The notes below the pieces were generated by a model. It was not told the origin of the DNA and searched no databases. It saw only the letters and a program-made list of their open reading frames with translations. A stretch of 64,000 bases of DNA, taken from Candidatus Oxydemutatoraceae bacterium. GTDB taxonomy: Bacteria > Pseudomonadota > Gammaproteobacteria > Poriferisulfidales > Oxydemutatoraceae. How positions within the stretch are numbered: position 1 is the first letter of the stretch; the number at the start of each line of letters is the position of its first letter. Shown in pieces: positions 35,560 to 47,111 of the stretch. The position numbers and the translations under genes are program-made. The DNA lies in the NCBI GenBank assembly GCA_965219575.1, contig OZ244779.1, forward strand, positions 972,769-1,036,768, in the 5' to 3' direction.

Positions 35560-35789
35560 ATATCTCTAGGGTCAAGGCTTAAGTAAGTTATCATTATAAG
35601 CCATCTCGCAGGTGAAGGGTATAGATGACGTGCCCCCATTTTAGAACAACCTGCCAAGTGGGTTTTCACACCGTCGCTCTCAAAGATGCATTGGGGATTT
35701 AACACCCCAATGCACCCATGCGGATGGATTATTATAATCTATGTACTTATTTTTTTATTGTGGAATTAGGTAAGATTACTGAAAATAGT

Positions 35790-36012
35790 GTCGCCTGTTG
35801 GCCTACCGGCTCAATCGGCAGTCATTTGTCTTGTGAAAAGATCGAAAATTAAACAGTCATCGTATCATGCATAGTACGGTGACGTTTTCCTCAAATTTAG
35901 TACCAATGCTAAAGTTAGTTTTCCCGATAAACTAGAGAAGTTAAAAACATTACAGGAGAACGTAACATGAATAGAAGCACTGATTGACTTACCGGCTCAA
36001 TCGGCGGTTCTA
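35790..36012. repeat. Two degenerate GATTGA..TCAATCGGCGGTTCTA hairpin modules closing the AT-rich island
   Basis: CCTACCGGCTCAATCGGC near 35802 and AATAGAAGCACTGATTGACTTACCGGCTCAATCGGCGGTTCTA at 35970-36012. Confidence 0.7.
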
Positions 36013-36087
36013 CTTTGCCCCCGATATGTCATAATAGCAACCTCACCGGTTTCTCATAGAGGTATCTAGTAAAAATAGTTAAAGCAA

Positions 36088-36765
36088 ATGAAGGATTTAA
36101 TTTGTCCATCCATACTATCCGCCGATTTTGCGCGATTGGGCGCGGATGTTGTCGCAGTGCTTGAGGCGGGTGCCGATATGATTCATTTTGATGTCATGGA
36201 CAACCACTATGTGCCTAATCTAACTTTCGGACCGATGGTTTGTAAGTCATTGCGTGATTACGGTATTACCGCGCCGATTGATGTGCATTTGATGGTGCAG
36301 CCGGTCGATCGGCTTATTACGGATTTTGCCGAAGCGGGTGCCGATTACATCAGTTTTCACGGCGAAGCGAGTGAGGATAGCGAGCGGAGTTTGCAGTTGA
36401 TTCGCGAGCAGGGTTGCAAGAGCGGGCTGGTGTTCAATCCCGATGTTTCGATAGACGGGCTGGAGCGAGTCATTGATCGGGTGGATATGGTTTTACTGAT
36501 GTCGGTCGTGCCGGGGCGAGCTGCCCAACAATTCATTCCTTCGACTTTGGATAAGGTCAGGCAAACGCGTGAGCTTCTGGATCGGTATGCAACATCGGTA
36601 CGGCTGGAGGTGGACGGTGGCATTAAAACGGAGAACATTGCCGAAGTGAAGGCTGCGGGTGCCGACACTTTTGTGGCCGGCTCGGCGATATTCGGTAGCG
36701 ACGATTACCGGCGCACCATTACCGAGATGCGCGACCGCATCAACAATGCCGATAAAATGCAATGA
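36088..36765 (+). CDS. rpe: Ribulose-phosphate 3-epimerase
   Basis: [46 protein letters not shown]. Confidence 0.97.
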   Translation: MKDLICPSILSADFARLGADVVAVLEAGADMIHFDVMDNHYVPNLTFGPMVCKSLRDYGITAPIDVHLMVQPVDRLITDFAEAGADYISFHGEASEDSERSLQLIREQGCKSGLVFNPDVSIDGLERVIDRVDMVLLMSVVPGRAAQQFIPSTLDKVRQTRELLDRYATSVRLEVDGGIKTENIAEVKAAGADTFVAGSAIFGSDDYRRTITEMRDRINNADKMQ

Positions 36766-38234
36766 TTAGCCGTAGTGAATACGAGCAGCTGGCAGCGCAG
36801 GGTTACACCCATATTCCTTTGGTGCGGGAACTGCCTACGGACTTGGACACGCCGGTCGGGGTTTATCTAAAGCTGGCAAACGACCCCAATAGTTATTTGC
36901 TTGAATCTGCAAGCGAAGGGCGATACTGGGGGCGGTATTCAATCATCGGAACCCGCTGTAGTAATTATATTTGCGTGAACGATTTCACCGTTAGTTTATA
37001 CGAGGACGGTCGCCTGAGTTCCAAACAAACGGTGTCCGATCCGTTGGCGTGGATAGACGATTATCTCGCTAGTTTCAAAATTGCAAAGGTAGAGTCGTTG
37101 CCGCGTTTTTGCGGCGGCTTGGTCGGTTATTTCGGTTATGAAACGGTATGCTATATAGAGCCCAAGTTAGGGCATAACAACAAGACCGATGAACTCGGCA
37201 CGCCCGACATATTGCTATTGGTGTCTATGCAGATTGCGGTGATTGATAACCTCAGAGGCACGTTGTCGTTGATAGTCTATGCCGATGCGTCAAAGACCGA
37301 CGGCTATCAACATGCGGTAGATGCTTTGGCACAACTAGAGACTCGGTTGCACGAACCGCTTAAACATCCGCCGTCCGCAACGATTAAGGTGCCGGATAAA
37401 GATAGCTTTGCTTTCGGTTTCGAGCGAGCCGCCTATATGGATGCCGTAGAACAATGTCGCCGTTATATTATTGACGGCGAGGCGATGCAAATCGTTTTAT
37501 CGCAGCGCATGCAAGCACCTTTTGAATGTGATGCGTTCAATCTGTATCGTGCGTTAAGACGGTTGAACCCTTCGCCCTATATGTTTTATTTTGATTTTGA
37601 TGATTTCAAAATAGCGGGTTCTTCGCCGGAGATTTTAGTGCGCAAAGAGGCCGACTGCCTCACCGTGAGACCGATCGCCGGCACCCGTCGCCGAGGCGAG
37701 ACCGATGCCGAAGACTTGCGGTTGGAAAAAGAGTTGTTGTCGGATACCAAAGAGCTTGCCGAACATCTGATGTTGATAGACCTAGGGCGCAACGACATCG
37801 GGCGCGTATCAAGGGCGGGGAGTGTAAAGGTAACCGAGAAAATGTTGATAGAACGCTACTCGCATGTTATGCACATCGTCTCCAATGTCGTCGGCACAGC
37901 GAAGCAAGATATCGGTGCCATAGAAGTATTGCGGGCAACTTTCCCCGCCGGCACCGTCTCGGGTGCGCCCAAAGTGCGGGCGATGGAGATCATCGCCGAA
38001 CTGGAACCGATCAAGCGCAATATCTATTCGGGTGCGGTCGGTTATATAGGTTGGAACGGCATTATGGATACTGCGATTGCGATACGCACTGCGGTCATCA
38101 AGGAGCAGACATTATTCGTGCAGACGGGTGCCGGTTTGGTCTACGACTCCGAACCCGATAAAGAATGGATGGAGACGATGAACAAAGCGAATGTATTATT
38201 CGCTGCCGCACAAACGGCAAAAGATTTTGTTTGA
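36762..38234 (+). CDS. trpE: Anthranilate synthase component I
   Basis: [50 protein letters not shown]. Confidence 0.97.
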   Translation: MISRSEYEQLAAQGYTHIPLVRELPTDLDTPVGVYLKLANDPNSYLLESASEGRYWGRYSIIGTRCSNYICVNDFTVSLYEDGRLSSKQTVSDPLAWIDDYLASFKIAKVESLPRFCGGLVGYFGYETVCYIEPKLGHNNKTDELGTPDILLLVSMQIAVIDNLRGTLSLIVYADASKTDGYQHAVDALAQLETRLHEPLKHPPSATIKVPDKDSFAFGFERAAYMDAVEQCRRYIIDGEAMQIVLSQRMQAPFECDAFNLYRALRRLNPSPYMFYFDFDDFKIAGSSPEILVRKEADCLTVRPIAGTRRRGETDAEDLRLEKELLSDTKELAEHLMLIDLGRNDIGRVSRAGSVKVTEKMLIERYSHVMHIVSNVVGTAKQDIGAIEVLRATFPAGTVSGAPKVRAMEIIAELEPIKRNIYSGAVGYIGWNGIMDTAIAIRTAVIKEQTLFVQTGAGLVYDSEPDKEWMETMNKANVLFAAAQTAKDFV

Positions 38235-38247
38235 GGCTGGTTGAGAG

Positions 38248-38832
38248 ATGATACTGGTTATAGACAATTACGATTCCTTCACTTATAACTTAGTGCAGTA
38301 TCTAGGGGAACTGGGTGTGGAGACTCGGGTTGTGCGCAACGATAGCATAGACACCGATGCGATCGACGACATCAAGCCGCAGCGGATTTTAATCTCTCCC
38401 GGTCCCGGCATGCCCGACTCCGCAGGTATATCGCTTGCGGTGATAGAGCGTTTTGCAGAACACATTCCTATACTCGGGGTCTGTTTAGGTCATCAAGCGA
38501 TCGGTCAGGCTTTCGGTGGCACCATAAGCCATGCGAAGCGTATCATGCACGGTAAAACCTCGCAGATTCATCATACCGGAATAGGTCTGTTCACCGGTAT
38601 AGACAGCCCTTTTCAGGCAACCCGATATCACTCGTTGGTGATTGAAGCGGAGTCTTTGCCCGAATGTTTGGAGATGAGTGCGTGGACCGAATTAGACGAT
38701 CATCAACAAGAAGAGATTATGGGGATACGGCATCGTAGTTATCCTACGGTGGGTGTGCAGTTTCATCCCGAGTCTATATTGACCGAATACGGTCACAAAT
38801 TACTGAAAAACTTTCTTGAAGATGCAATTTAA
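38248..38832 (+). CDS. trpG: Anthranilate synthase component II (glutamine amidotransferase)
   Basis: [34 protein letters not shown]. Confidence 0.96.
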   Translation: MILVIDNYDSFTYNLVQYLGELGVETRVVRNDSIDTDAIDDIKPQRILISPGPGMPDSAGISLAVIERFAEHIPILGVCLGHQAIGQAFGGTISHAKRIMHGKTSQIHHTGIGLFTGIDSPFQATRYHSLVIEAESLPECLEMSAWTELDDHQQEEIMGIRHRSYPTVGVQFHPESILTEYGHKLLKNFLEDAI

Positions 38833-39850
38833 CAAGCTGATAGACAAACTTGTCGGCGGTCGTAACCTATCGCCGGAAGAAATGAGAGGTGTGATGGAGA
38901 CCTTGATGCGCGGAGAGATGGATGCCGTTCAAGCCGGTGCTTTGCTGGTTGCGCTACGCGCCAAAGGTGAGTCCGTGGAGGAACTGACGATCGCCGCCCG
39001 AACGATGCTTGACTTTGCGATAACACTGGACATTCAAGCCGACCACCTACTGGATACTTGCGGTACCGGCGGCGACGGTGCTACGACTTTTAATGTATCC
39101 ACCGGCTCGGCATTGGTTGCCGCAGCCGCCGGCGCGGTTGTAGCCAAGCACGGCAACCGTTCGGTTTCAAGCCATTGCGGTAGTGCCGATTGTCTGGAAT
39201 TGGCAGGAGTACGCATTGATTTATCCGCCGCTGCGGTGCGCGTGTGCATAGCAAAAGTCGGCATAGGTTTTTTGTTTGCCCCTAACTTTCATCCGGCGAT
39301 GCGCCATGTTGTCGGCATCCGCAAATCGCTCGGTGTGCGCACCGTGTTCAATCTTTTAGGTCCGCTAACCAATCCGGCACGCGCACCGTATCGGGTCATC
39401 GGAGTATTTGACCGTGCTTGGCTTGAGCCGATGGCACAAGCAGCGGTTGCACTAGATGTTAAGCGGGTGATGGTGGTACATTCGGAGGACGGTTTGGACG
39501 AAATAAGTCCTGCATCACCGACACATATCGTAGAAATCACCGACGGCAAAACCCGACGATACACATTGACCCCCGAAGACTTTGCTTACGACCCAGTAGC
39601 ACTATCGGCGATACAAACTACATCGCCGCAACATAGCTTAGAAATGCTCAAAGCCGCACTTGAAGGCAATACACCCGCCTCACAAGCAATTGCGATGAAT
39701 GTCGGCGCGGCACTTTATATTGCGCAACTGGCAGCCGATGTCAAAGAGGGTGCCGAGACGGCGATGCGTACGATGCGCTCAGGGCAAGCCTCGGACAAAC
39801 TACAAGCATTGATCGAAGCCAGTCGAGCAGAGGCAGCGGACGATGCCTGA
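38822..39850 (+). CDS. trpD: Anthranilate phosphoribosyltransferase
   Basis: [37 protein letters not shown]. Confidence 0.97.
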   Translation: MQFNKLIDKLVGGRNLSPEEMRGVMETLMRGEMDAVQAGALLVALRAKGESVEELTIAARTMLDFAITLDIQADHLLDTCGTGGDGATTFNVSTGSALVAAAAGAVVAKHGNRSVSSHCGSADCLELAGVRIDLSAAAVRVCIAKVGIGFLFAPNFHPAMRHVVGIRKSLGVRTVFNLLGPLTNPARAPYRVIGVFDRAWLEPMAQAAVALDVKRVMVVHSEDGLDEISPASPTHIVEITDGKTRRYTLTPEDFAYDPVALSAIQTTSPQHSLEMLKAALEGNTPASQAIAMNVGAALYIAQLAADVKEGAETAMRTMRSGQASDKLQALIEASRAEAADDA

Positions 39851-40655
39851 GCGGCAATCCATACTGCCTGAGATACTCGCACATAAACGACAAGAAATTG
39901 CCGAACTGCGCGAACGGCACAGCATAGACACACTCAAGGACTACGCACAAGAGCAGGGTGCGCCGCGCGGCTTTGCCCGTACATTAAAGGGACGCGTGGC
40001 AAATAAACAAACCGCAATCATCGCCGAGATTAAGCGTGCGTCTCCCAGTAAAGGCTTGCTATGCGAAGACTTCAACCCACTGGAAATTGCCCGCAACTAC
40101 ATGATGGCAGGGGCAAGCTGCTTATCCGTACTCACCGATAAAAAATTCTTTAAGGGTTCGGGACCGATACTCGATCTAGTGCGCCGTCACTGTATGCTAC
40201 CAACCCTGCAAAAAGACTTCATCATAGACGAATATCAACTATACGAAAGCCGAGCCATCGGTGCCGACTGCATCTTGCTGATTGTCTCCGCGCTGCCCGA
40301 CGACGCACAACTACATGCTCTATACGGCAAGGCACGCGAACTCGATATGGATGTGTTGGTAGAAATACACGATGTAGCCGAGCTGGAACGCGCCCTAAAA
40401 CTTGACGGCATTGAACTCATCGGCATCAACAACCGCAACCTCCGTACTTTTGAAACCAAACTGGAAACCAGTATTGCGCTTGCGTCACAAATCCCCGAAG
40501 ACAAAGTCGTGATTAGCGAGAGCGGCATCAACACCCCTGCCGACATACAAACACTCGCCGAACATCATATACACGCCTACCTGATAGGCGAAGCCCTGAT
40601 GACCGCTCCCGACCGAAGTGCCAAATTAAAAGAACTGCTTGCAGGAACAATATAA
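39843..40655 (+). CDS. trpC: Indole-3-glycerol phosphate synthase
   Basis: IAEIKRASPSKG, SVLTD, KDFII, LVEIH, GINNRNL, SESGI. Confidence 0.97.
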   Translation: MPERQSILPEILAHKRQEIAELRERHSIDTLKDYAQEQGAPRGFARTLKGRVANKQTAIIAEIKRASPSKGLLCEDFNPLEIARNYMMAGASCLSVLTDKKFFKGSGPILDLVRRHCMLPTLQKDFIIDEYQLYESRAIGADCILLIVSALPDDAQLHALYGKARELDMDVLVEIHDVAELERALKLDGIELIGINNRNLRTFETKLETSIALASQIPEDKVVISESGINTPADIQTLAEHHIHAYLIGEALMTAPDRSAKLKELLAGTI

Positions 40656-40861
40656 AATCGCCGATTGAGCCGGTAGGTCAATCGGCGTAACATTATGCAA
40701 AACCACGATGTAAAACGAAATGTAGGGGCGGACTAGCATGTCCGCCCGTAACGCGTTGCGCCTGCACGATTTATACATTCATTCACCCGATTTATGGAAA
40801 CCAAAACCATACGGCGCAAGTGGTTACAGTTGCACGCTGACGGTACTTTTTCAACAAACCC
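40656..40861. repeat. Repeat mosaic between trpC and the second ATPase
   Basis: CGCCGATTGAGCCGGTAGGTCAATCGGCG, REP GTAGGGGCGGACTAGCATGTCCGCCC, ATTTATGGAAACCAAAACCATACGGCGCAAG, TACTTTTTCAACAAACCC. Confidence 0.9.
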
Positions 40862-41987
40862 AGGTGCTTAAATTTTTCAAGAACCTTTCTACATTAAGAA
40901 TTTGAATGTCTTGATAGCTATAATCTTTCGGACCGGTGTAAAGAAACAGAAGGTCGCTTTCAGGGTAATCTTTCTTAAACTCGAGTAGTCCCTTAAAATC
41001 CTTTTGGTTAATCCTTTCTCGGCATTTTACTTCGATGGCCTTAAACCCTTTCTCCCCGTAGAGAATGAAATCCACTTCTAAATGTTTCCTCGTTCTCCAG
41101 TAGAAAATTTCGTAGCCTAATTGGTGAATTTCATTGTGTGCCGAAATTTCCTGCAAAACGAGGGTTTCTAGTGCAATTCCATTTAGATAAGAACTAGAAT
41201 CTAAAACGCCTTGCGGTCGTATCGCCCTGAACACACCCACATCAAAAAAATAAAACTTCCTTTTATTCATTAGAGCCCGTTTCGCTCTTTTTGAAAAAAT
41301 GGGAAGTTCATAAGATAAAAGAGTATCCCTTAAAATGGAGAAATAATTTTCCACGACTTTTGCCGACACATGGCAATCTCTCGCGATATTGGTCATGACA
41401 AGAGGAGAACCCTGAGCAAAGCTCGCACTTTCTAAAAAGCGACTGAAAGCGGGAAGACTTCGGGTTAATCCTTCTTGTTGGATTTCCTCTTTCAAGTAGA
41501 CTTCAATATAACTTTTTAGAAAAGCCTTCGGGTTTTCCGATGAGAATACTTTAGGTATATGACCTAACTCCAGAGAAGTTTTTAAGTCAAAGTCATCTTT
41601 TAACTCTGCTACGCTAAGGGGATACATGAGGCATCTTAAAGCCCTACCGGCAAGGAGGTTAGTTTGCTCTCTCTTTAGCTTTCTTGCACTTGAGCCGGTG
41701 AGAACAAAAAGAAGTTTCCTTGTTTCTATGAGCCTATGCACTTCATCTAAAAGAGCAGGAACTTTCTGAACCTCGTCAATAACAACCCATCCCGTATAGT
41801 CGGAGGGAATTTGTTGCGATAGCCTCTCGGGAGAGGCAAGGAAGCTCTGGTACAGGGAGGACTGGAGAAGGTCAAAAAAGAGGGCTTTTTTGTAGAAAGA
41901 CCTTATAAAATGAGTTTTTCCCACGCCTCTTGGACCGAAGAGAAAAAAACTAGATTTTTTGGGAGGAGTAAATAGCCTCTTATACAT
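40851..41987 (-). CDS. AAA_14 ATPase with DUF4143 and PD-(D/E)xK-like C-terminus, paralogue 2
   Basis: GPRGVGKT, VIDEVQK, TGSSARKL, KFYFFDVGV, EVDFIL..AIEVK. Confidence 0.88.
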   Translation of the reverse strand: MYKRLFTPPKKSSFFLFGPRGVGKTHFIRSFYKKALFFDLLQSSLYQSFLASPERLSQQIPSDYTGWVVIDEVQKVPALLDEVHRLIETRKLLFVLTGSSARKLKREQTNLLAGRALRCLMYPLSVAELKDDFDLKTSLELGHIPKVFSSENPKAFLKSYIEVYLKEEIQQEGLTRSLPAFSRFLESASFAQGSPLVMTNIARDCHVSAKVVENYFSILRDTLLSYELPIFSKRAKRALMNKRKFYFFDVGVFRAIRPQGVLDSSSYLNGIALETLVLQEISAHNEIHQLGYEIFYWRTRKHLEVDFILYGEKGFKAIEVKCRERINQKDFKGLLEFKKDYPESDLLFLYTGPKDYSYQDIQILNVERFLKNLSTWVC

Positions 41988-42270
41988 GGTTCTATTTTAG
42001 CGCAAAAAATAGAATAGTAAGGACACTTTTTTACTAAAAAATAGAGTTGTAAGGGCATTTATTTCCAAAATCCCTATAAGCCTTTGAATTTCAATGGAAA
42101 AAATCTCTCCAATATCAACGCTCAACCCAATGCTAAGAGAAGCTGCTGGAAAAGTATCCACGAGCCCTAGATAGTATGGATGACCAGCTTTGCTGAAAGT
42201 TGGTTAAACTTTCATTTTAGTTCCCCTCTTGGGAGGGGTTTAATTAACCACTAAACAAAGGAGGTCATCC

Positions 42271-42552
42271 ATGACTAGTATACTGTATGTTGGCATTGAT
42301 GTTGATGATAAGAGTTTCACTGCCACAGCCATTTCTAAACACAATAATTATCATTCCATTAAAACGCGTCCGGACTTTGCATCATTGCATAAGGCAATCA
42401 CCAAAATCGCTTTGCCGGATGAACAGATCAAAGTCTGTTATGAGGCGAGCTATTTAGGCTTTTCATTAAAGCGACAATTTGATGCTCTGGGCATTCACTG
42501 CACGCCGCACCGGTGGTTGAGTAAGCTCGCTAAGCAAGAGGCTGCCAGATAG
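42271..42552 (+). pseudogene. IS110-family transposase N-terminal (DEDD RuvC-like) fragment
   Basis: YVGIDVDDKSF and CYEASYLGFSL motifs, AGGAGG RBS; only 93 aa. Confidence 0.85.
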
Positions 42553-42800
42553 AGTTCTGAGAGACCGAGGGAGTTGAAGCTAAAGTCAATGACAAGTTCC
42601 GAACTTAGATGCCGTCCTAGAGTGTTCGCCCATAGTAAACTGCCATGCGTGGCAAGGCAACTGACCGTAGATTAAGGGGCACAGTTCATCCAATTGACTT
42701 ATCATATGGTAATGTGAAAACAGAGTACACGAATATGAGGTTGATAATACTGACTCATTAGTTGAGTACTTTAGCGGCACTTCGTTCTGTCTCTCATCGG
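42553..42800 (+). ncRNA. Putative bridge/seekRNA of the IS1111-like element
   Basis: Stems TGAGAGAC/GTCTCTCA, AAGTCAAT/ATTGACTT, AGAGTAC/GTACTTT; target matches GTTCGCCC (42624) and ACCGTAG (42664); junction matches ATATGAG (42733) and ATACTgaCTCAT (42747); boundaries approximate. Confidence 0.65.
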
Positions 42801-43402
42801 CATAGCATGATGCCGTTAACAAAGAGATAAAGCAGGTGCACGAAAGCCGCCACGGCAAGTGGCGCATACACATACATAAGGCATGCTTTAAGAGGGGTGG
42901 CGCATTGCTATCGCTCGCTCCTTGTTGGCATCATCTGTGCCGTCATTTAACCTTTGAGTTCTGGTGACTTTTGGGAATGTAGACTTCGGTAAAAATTTAA
43001 CTTGACAAGCTGGTCATCCATATGAGGGGCTTATATGTCCGCCCGAACACGCGTCGTGTTAGCATAAATAAAATCGTACGCCATCCAATTCATGAAACCA
43101 AAACCATCCAGCGCAAGCGGTTACGGCTTTACAGAACGGCACTTAAGGGCAGACATCAGAGTTGCCGATTGACCTACCGGCTCAATCGGCGGCTTTATAC
43201 TGCCCCTACAGGTGGTTTGGGTAATTAGGGGGCGCAAGCGGTTGGACTTGTGCAATGCCCGCACTTTTTCAACAGCCCCACGACACAACCACCCCATAAA
43301 AAGGCTTTACATTTTGTAAACATGTTAAATCTGCATAACATCACGCCGATTGAGCCAATAGTTTAATTAGAGATGATACAATTATCTTTTTATGAGGATG
43401 CA

Positions 43403-43684
43403 ATGGACAACAAAGATTTAGAAAAGTTAGCCAAGCTGGCTCGTTTGAAAATAGCAGACGGCGAACACGAAGCGTTGGTAAATTCCCTCAACGAGATATT
43501 GGGTTTTGTGGAACGTTTGAATACCGCGGAAATAGAAGACATAGTGCCGCTTTCTCATCCCTTGGATATGCATCAAAGGTTGCGGTCGGACGAGGTCGCA
43601 GAACCCGACGAGTCCGAGCGGTTGCAAGAAATTGCACCCGATTGGCACGATAGTTTCTATACCGTTCCCAAAGTATTGGATTAG
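43403..43684 (+). CDS. gatC: Asp/Glu-tRNA amidotransferase subunit C
   Basis: LAKLARL, PLSHPLD..LRSDEV, VPKVLD; GAGGA RBS before ATG 43403. Confidence 0.95.
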   Translation: MDNKDLEKLAKLARLKIADGEHEALVNSLNEILGFVERLNTAEIEDIVPLSHPLDMHQRLRSDEVAEPDESERLQEIAPDWHDSFYTVPKVLD

Positions 43685-43691
43685 GATTTTA

Positions 43692-45152
43692 ATGCTGGGC
43701 TATACACTAACCGAACTTGCCCGAGGACTACGCAAGGGTGATTTTTCAAGCACCGAACTGACCCGTTTTTTTCTTGACCGCATTGAAAATCACAACGACA
43801 CCTTAAATGCGTTTATCACGGTGACCGCCGACCAAGCGTTGCAATGTGCCGAACTAGCCGATCGGCAATCGTACGACGAGCAAACCCACCCTTTACACGG
43901 CATCCCGTTTGCGCATAAAGATTTATTTTGCACTCGCGGTGTGCGTACCAGCTGTGCTTCCAGAATGCTCGATAATTTTATTGCCCCCTACGATGCAACC
44001 GTAACAACCAAATTAAAACAGCTTTGCATGCCGATGCTGGGCAAGACCAACATGGATGAATTCGCAATGGGTTCTTCGACCGAAACCGGTTTTTACGGTG
44101 CGGTGCATAATCCTTGGGACGAGGACTGCGTGCCGGGGGGTTCCTCAGGTGGATCGGCAGCGGCGGTTGCCGCCTCGTTGGCACCGTGTGCAACGGCAAC
44201 CGATACAGGAGGCTCCATCAGACAGCCGGCAGCATTTTGCGGCATCACCGGAATCAAACCCACCTACGGGCGAGTCTCGCGCTACGGCATGGTTGCTTAT
44301 GCTTCCAGTTTGGATCAAGCCGGCGTGTTGGCGCGCAGTGCCGAGGATTGTGCGTTATTGTTGCAAGCCATCGCCGGTTTTGACGAGAAAGATTCTACCA
44401 GCACTTCGCACCCGGTACCCGATTATGCACAGGCTTTGGGTGACGGACTCAAAGGTTTGCGTATCGGTGTGCCGCAGGAATATCTGTCCGAGGATTTGGC
44501 ACCGCAGATTGCCGACAATGTCGTTGAAGCGATAGCGGTATTCAAAGACCTGGGATGTGAGATTGTGGATTTGAATCTACCGGCACTGGATTATGCGGTA
44601 GCCGCCTACTATATCATTGCGCCGGCCGAATGTTCGTCTAATCTGGCGCGCTACGACGGGGTACGCTACGGCTATAGATGTAAGGACGCACACGATCTGT
44701 CGGATTTGTATACCCGTTCACGCGCCGAAGGTTTCGGAGACGAGACCAAGCGCCGTATTCTAATCGGCACCTATGTATTGTCGGCAGGTTATTACGATGC
44801 GTATTATTTGAAAGCGCAAAAGGTGCGGCGCCTAATCAGAGACGATTTTATGAACGCTTTGGAAAAAACCGATGCGTTAATCGCCCCGGTATCGCCGACC
44901 ACCGCATTTAAGATAGGAGAGAAAATCTCCGATCCGGTGACGATGTATTTATCCGACATCTATACGATTGCGGTGAACTTGGCAGGGGTGCCGGCGATTG
45001 CTTTGCCTTCCGGCTTTATCGACAATAAACCGTTGAGCGTACAATTAATAGGTAGACATTTCGACGAACTTACTTTGTTTAAGCTGGCGCATCGCTATCA
45101 ACAACAAACCGACTGGCATCGGACGATGCCCGAACACTATAAAAACGCATGA
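43692..45152 (+). CDS. gatA: Asp/Glu-tRNA amidotransferase subunit A
   Basis: [45 protein letters not shown]; start set at ATG 43692. Confidence 0.98.
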   Translation: MLGYTLTELARGLRKGDFSSTELTRFFLDRIENHNDTLNAFITVTADQALQCAELADRQSYDEQTHPLHGIPFAHKDLFCTRGVRTSCASRMLDNFIAPYDATVTTKLKQLCMPMLGKTNMDEFAMGSSTETGFYGAVHNPWDEDCVPGGSSGGSAAAVAASLAPCATATDTGGSIRQPAAFCGITGIKPTYGRVSRYGMVAYASSLDQAGVLARSAEDCALLLQAIAGFDEKDSTSTSHPVPDYAQALGDGLKGLRIGVPQEYLSEDLAPQIADNVVEAIAVFKDLGCEIVDLNLPALDYAVAAYYIIAPAECSSNLARYDGVRYGYRCKDAHDLSDLYTRSRAEGFGDETKRRILIGTYVLSAGYYDAYYLKAQKVRRLIRDDFMNALEKTDALIAPVSPTTAFKIGEKISDPVTMYLSDIYTIAVNLAGVPAIALPSGFIDNKPLSVQLIGRHFDELTLFKLAHRYQQQTDWHRTMPEHYKNA

Positions 45153-46594
45153 ATACCGATCATTGGCAAGCGACCATCGGTCTAGAAATACACATGCAGC
45201 TCAACACTCGTAGCAAGCTGTTCTCGGCTGCCGAAGTGCGTTACGGCGGCAAAGCGAATACGCGTACATGCATGATTGACGCGGCATTGCCCGGAGTATT
45301 GCCGGTTGCCAACGAGGCTGCAATAGATATGGCAATCGCTTTCGGCTTGGCGGTTGAAGGCAATATCGCTACCACCACCGTGTTTGCCCGCAAAAATTAT
45401 TTTTATCCGGATTTACCTAAGGGCTATCAGATTAGTCAATACGAAAACCCGATAGTTTCCGGGGGGCGCGTTCCGATTGAATTGGAGGACGGCAGCGTTC
45501 GCTATATCTTGTTGGAGCGCGCACATTTGGAAGAAGATGCCGGCAAGTTGATTCACGGCACCTACGGAGAACTCAGTTGTGTAGATCTAAATCGCGCCGG
45601 GACGGTCTTGATAGAAATAGTTTCAAAGCCGGTGATGACCAGTGCCGGTGAAGCGGTTGCGTATATGAAGCAAATACATGCGATAGGGTGTTACTTGGAC
45701 ATTTGCGACGGCAATATGCAGGAAGGTTCGCTGCGCTGCGATGCCAATGTGTCTATCCGAGCAAAAGGAGACGACAAACTGGGTGTTCGCACCGAGACCA
45801 AAAATCTAAACTCGTTCCGCTTTATAGAAAAAGCCATACTGTATGAGATCGATCGTCAGATCGAGGTACTGGAACACGGCGGACGGGTTGTGCAAGAAAC
45901 CCGACTATACGACCCGGCGTTGGATGAGACGCGGGTGCTACGCAGCAAAGAGGAGGCCGAAGACTATCGCTATTTTCCCGACCCCGACCTGTTGCCGCTA
46001 CGGTTGAGCGATGAACGGATTGAAGTGCTGCGCGAGCGTCTTCCGGAATTAAAACATAGCCGATGCCGAAGGTTTAGCGAAGACTACGGCTTGAGTAAAG
46101 ACGATGCCGAACAGCTGACCAAAACAAAAGCAACGGCGGATTATTTTGAACGATGTGTCGATCTATCCGCCGCCGAACCTAAATTAATTGCGAATTGGAT
46201 GACCACCCGGTTTGCCGCGCTGTTGAACCGAGATAAACTCGGTGTAGAAGACGCGCCTATAAGACCCGAGGACCTCGGCGAACTTTTAGACAACATAGCC
46301 GAGCAGAAGATATCCGCCAATAACGCAAAAGCCGTACTGGAAAAAATGTGGGCGGAAAAACGTTCTGCCGAAGATGTGATAGACGAACTGGGATTGGAAC
46401 AAATCGGCGATGACTCGCAACTCGACGACATCGTCGATGAAATACTACGGGATAATCCTGAACAAGTGCAACAATACCTCTCGGGTAAGGAGAAAGTATT
46501 TGCTTATTTTATCGGGCAAGCGATGAAAGCCAGCAAAGGGAAAGCCAACCCCGGCAAACTGTCCGAGTTATTCAAAGCGCGTCTCAAAATGTAG
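45149..46594 (+). CDS. gatB: Asp/Glu-tRNA amidotransferase subunit B
   Basis: [48 protein letters not shown]. Confidence 0.98.
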   Translation: MNTDHWQATIGLEIHMQLNTRSKLFSAAEVRYGGKANTRTCMIDAALPGVLPVANEAAIDMAIAFGLAVEGNIATTTVFARKNYFYPDLPKGYQISQYENPIVSGGRVPIELEDGSVRYILLERAHLEEDAGKLIHGTYGELSCVDLNRAGTVLIEIVSKPVMTSAGEAVAYMKQIHAIGCYLDICDGNMQEGSLRCDANVSIRAKGDDKLGVRTETKNLNSFRFIEKAILYEIDRQIEVLEHGGRVVQETRLYDPALDETRVLRSKEEAEDYRYFPDPDLLPLRLSDERIEVLRERLPELKHSRCRRFSEDYGLSKDDAEQLTKTKATADYFERCVDLSAAEPKLIANWMTTRFAALLNRDKLGVEDAPIRPEDLGELLDNIAEQKISANNAKAVLEKMWAEKRSAEDVIDELGLEQIGDDSQLDDIVDEILRDNPEQVQQYLSGKEKVFAYFIGQAMKASKGKANPGKLSELFKARLKM

Positions 46595-47076
46595 GGGCGG
46601 ACTGGCATGTCCGCCCTAAAGTTTAGTACTAGCACAAACCCAACCGCTTGCCACATAATTATAATAACCATTTGTAGGGACCGACCAACGTGACGTTGTT
46701 CAGACCTCGAAATTTGTAGGGGCGGACTAACATGTCCGCCCTAAAGTTTAGTACTAGCACAAACCCAACCGCTTGCCACATAATTATAATAACCATTTGT
46801 AGGGACCGACCAACGTGACGTTGTTCAGACCTCGAAATTTGTAGGGGCGGACTAACATGTCCGCCCTAAAGTTTAGTACTAGCACAAACCCAACCGCTTG
46901 CCACATAATTATAATAACCATTTGTAGGGACCGACCAACGTGACGTTGTTCAGACCTCGAAATTTGTAGGGGCGGACTAACATGTCCGCCCTAAAGTTTA
47001 GTACTAGCACAAACCCAACCGCTTGCGCCACATAATTATAATAACCATTTGTAGGGACAGAATGGTGCGCTCCTAC
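46591..47076 (+). repeat. 125-bp tandem repeat (~3.7 copies), each unit starting with a GTAG REP hairpin
   Basis: GTAGGGGCGGACT(G/A)(G/A)CATGTCCGCCC at 46591, 46716, 46841, 46966; units nearly identical. Confidence 0.97.
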
Positions 47077-47111
47077 AAAGGGATTTTTTAGTTACCTTGT
47101 ATAATTGCGTC

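Larger units (their letters stand above)
42169..43026 (+). mobile_element. Internally deleted IS110-family, IS1111-type element
   Basis: Perfect 16-bp sub-terminal IR TATGGATGACCAGCTT (42175-42190) / AAGCTGGTCATCCATA (43007-43022); AG at both junctions; outward-facing TTGACA at 43002; DEDD transposase fragment; long 3' non-coding region. Confidence 0.88.
42140..43360. repeat. MITE/REP mosaic interrupted by the IS1111-like element
   Basis: Left AGCTGCTGGAAAAGTATCCACGAGCCCTAG, right GGGCTTATATGTCCGCCC..CACTTTTTCAACAGCCCC; compare the uninterrupted copy near 28750-28793. Confidence 0.8.

Noticed and set aside
42586-42873. 95-aa minus-strand ORF inside the IS1111-like element
   Set aside because: No recognisable domain; the region is better explained as the structured 3' non-coding RNA
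43002-43026. Complete circle-junction promoter of the IS1111-like element
   Set aside because: TTGACA is clear, but with the AG core the best -10 (TAGTAT) is 20 bp away, so only the -35 is reported
46591-47076. Possible CRISPR array
   Set aside because: Sequences between the palindromes are identical rather than unique spacers, the period is 125 bp and no cas genes are present
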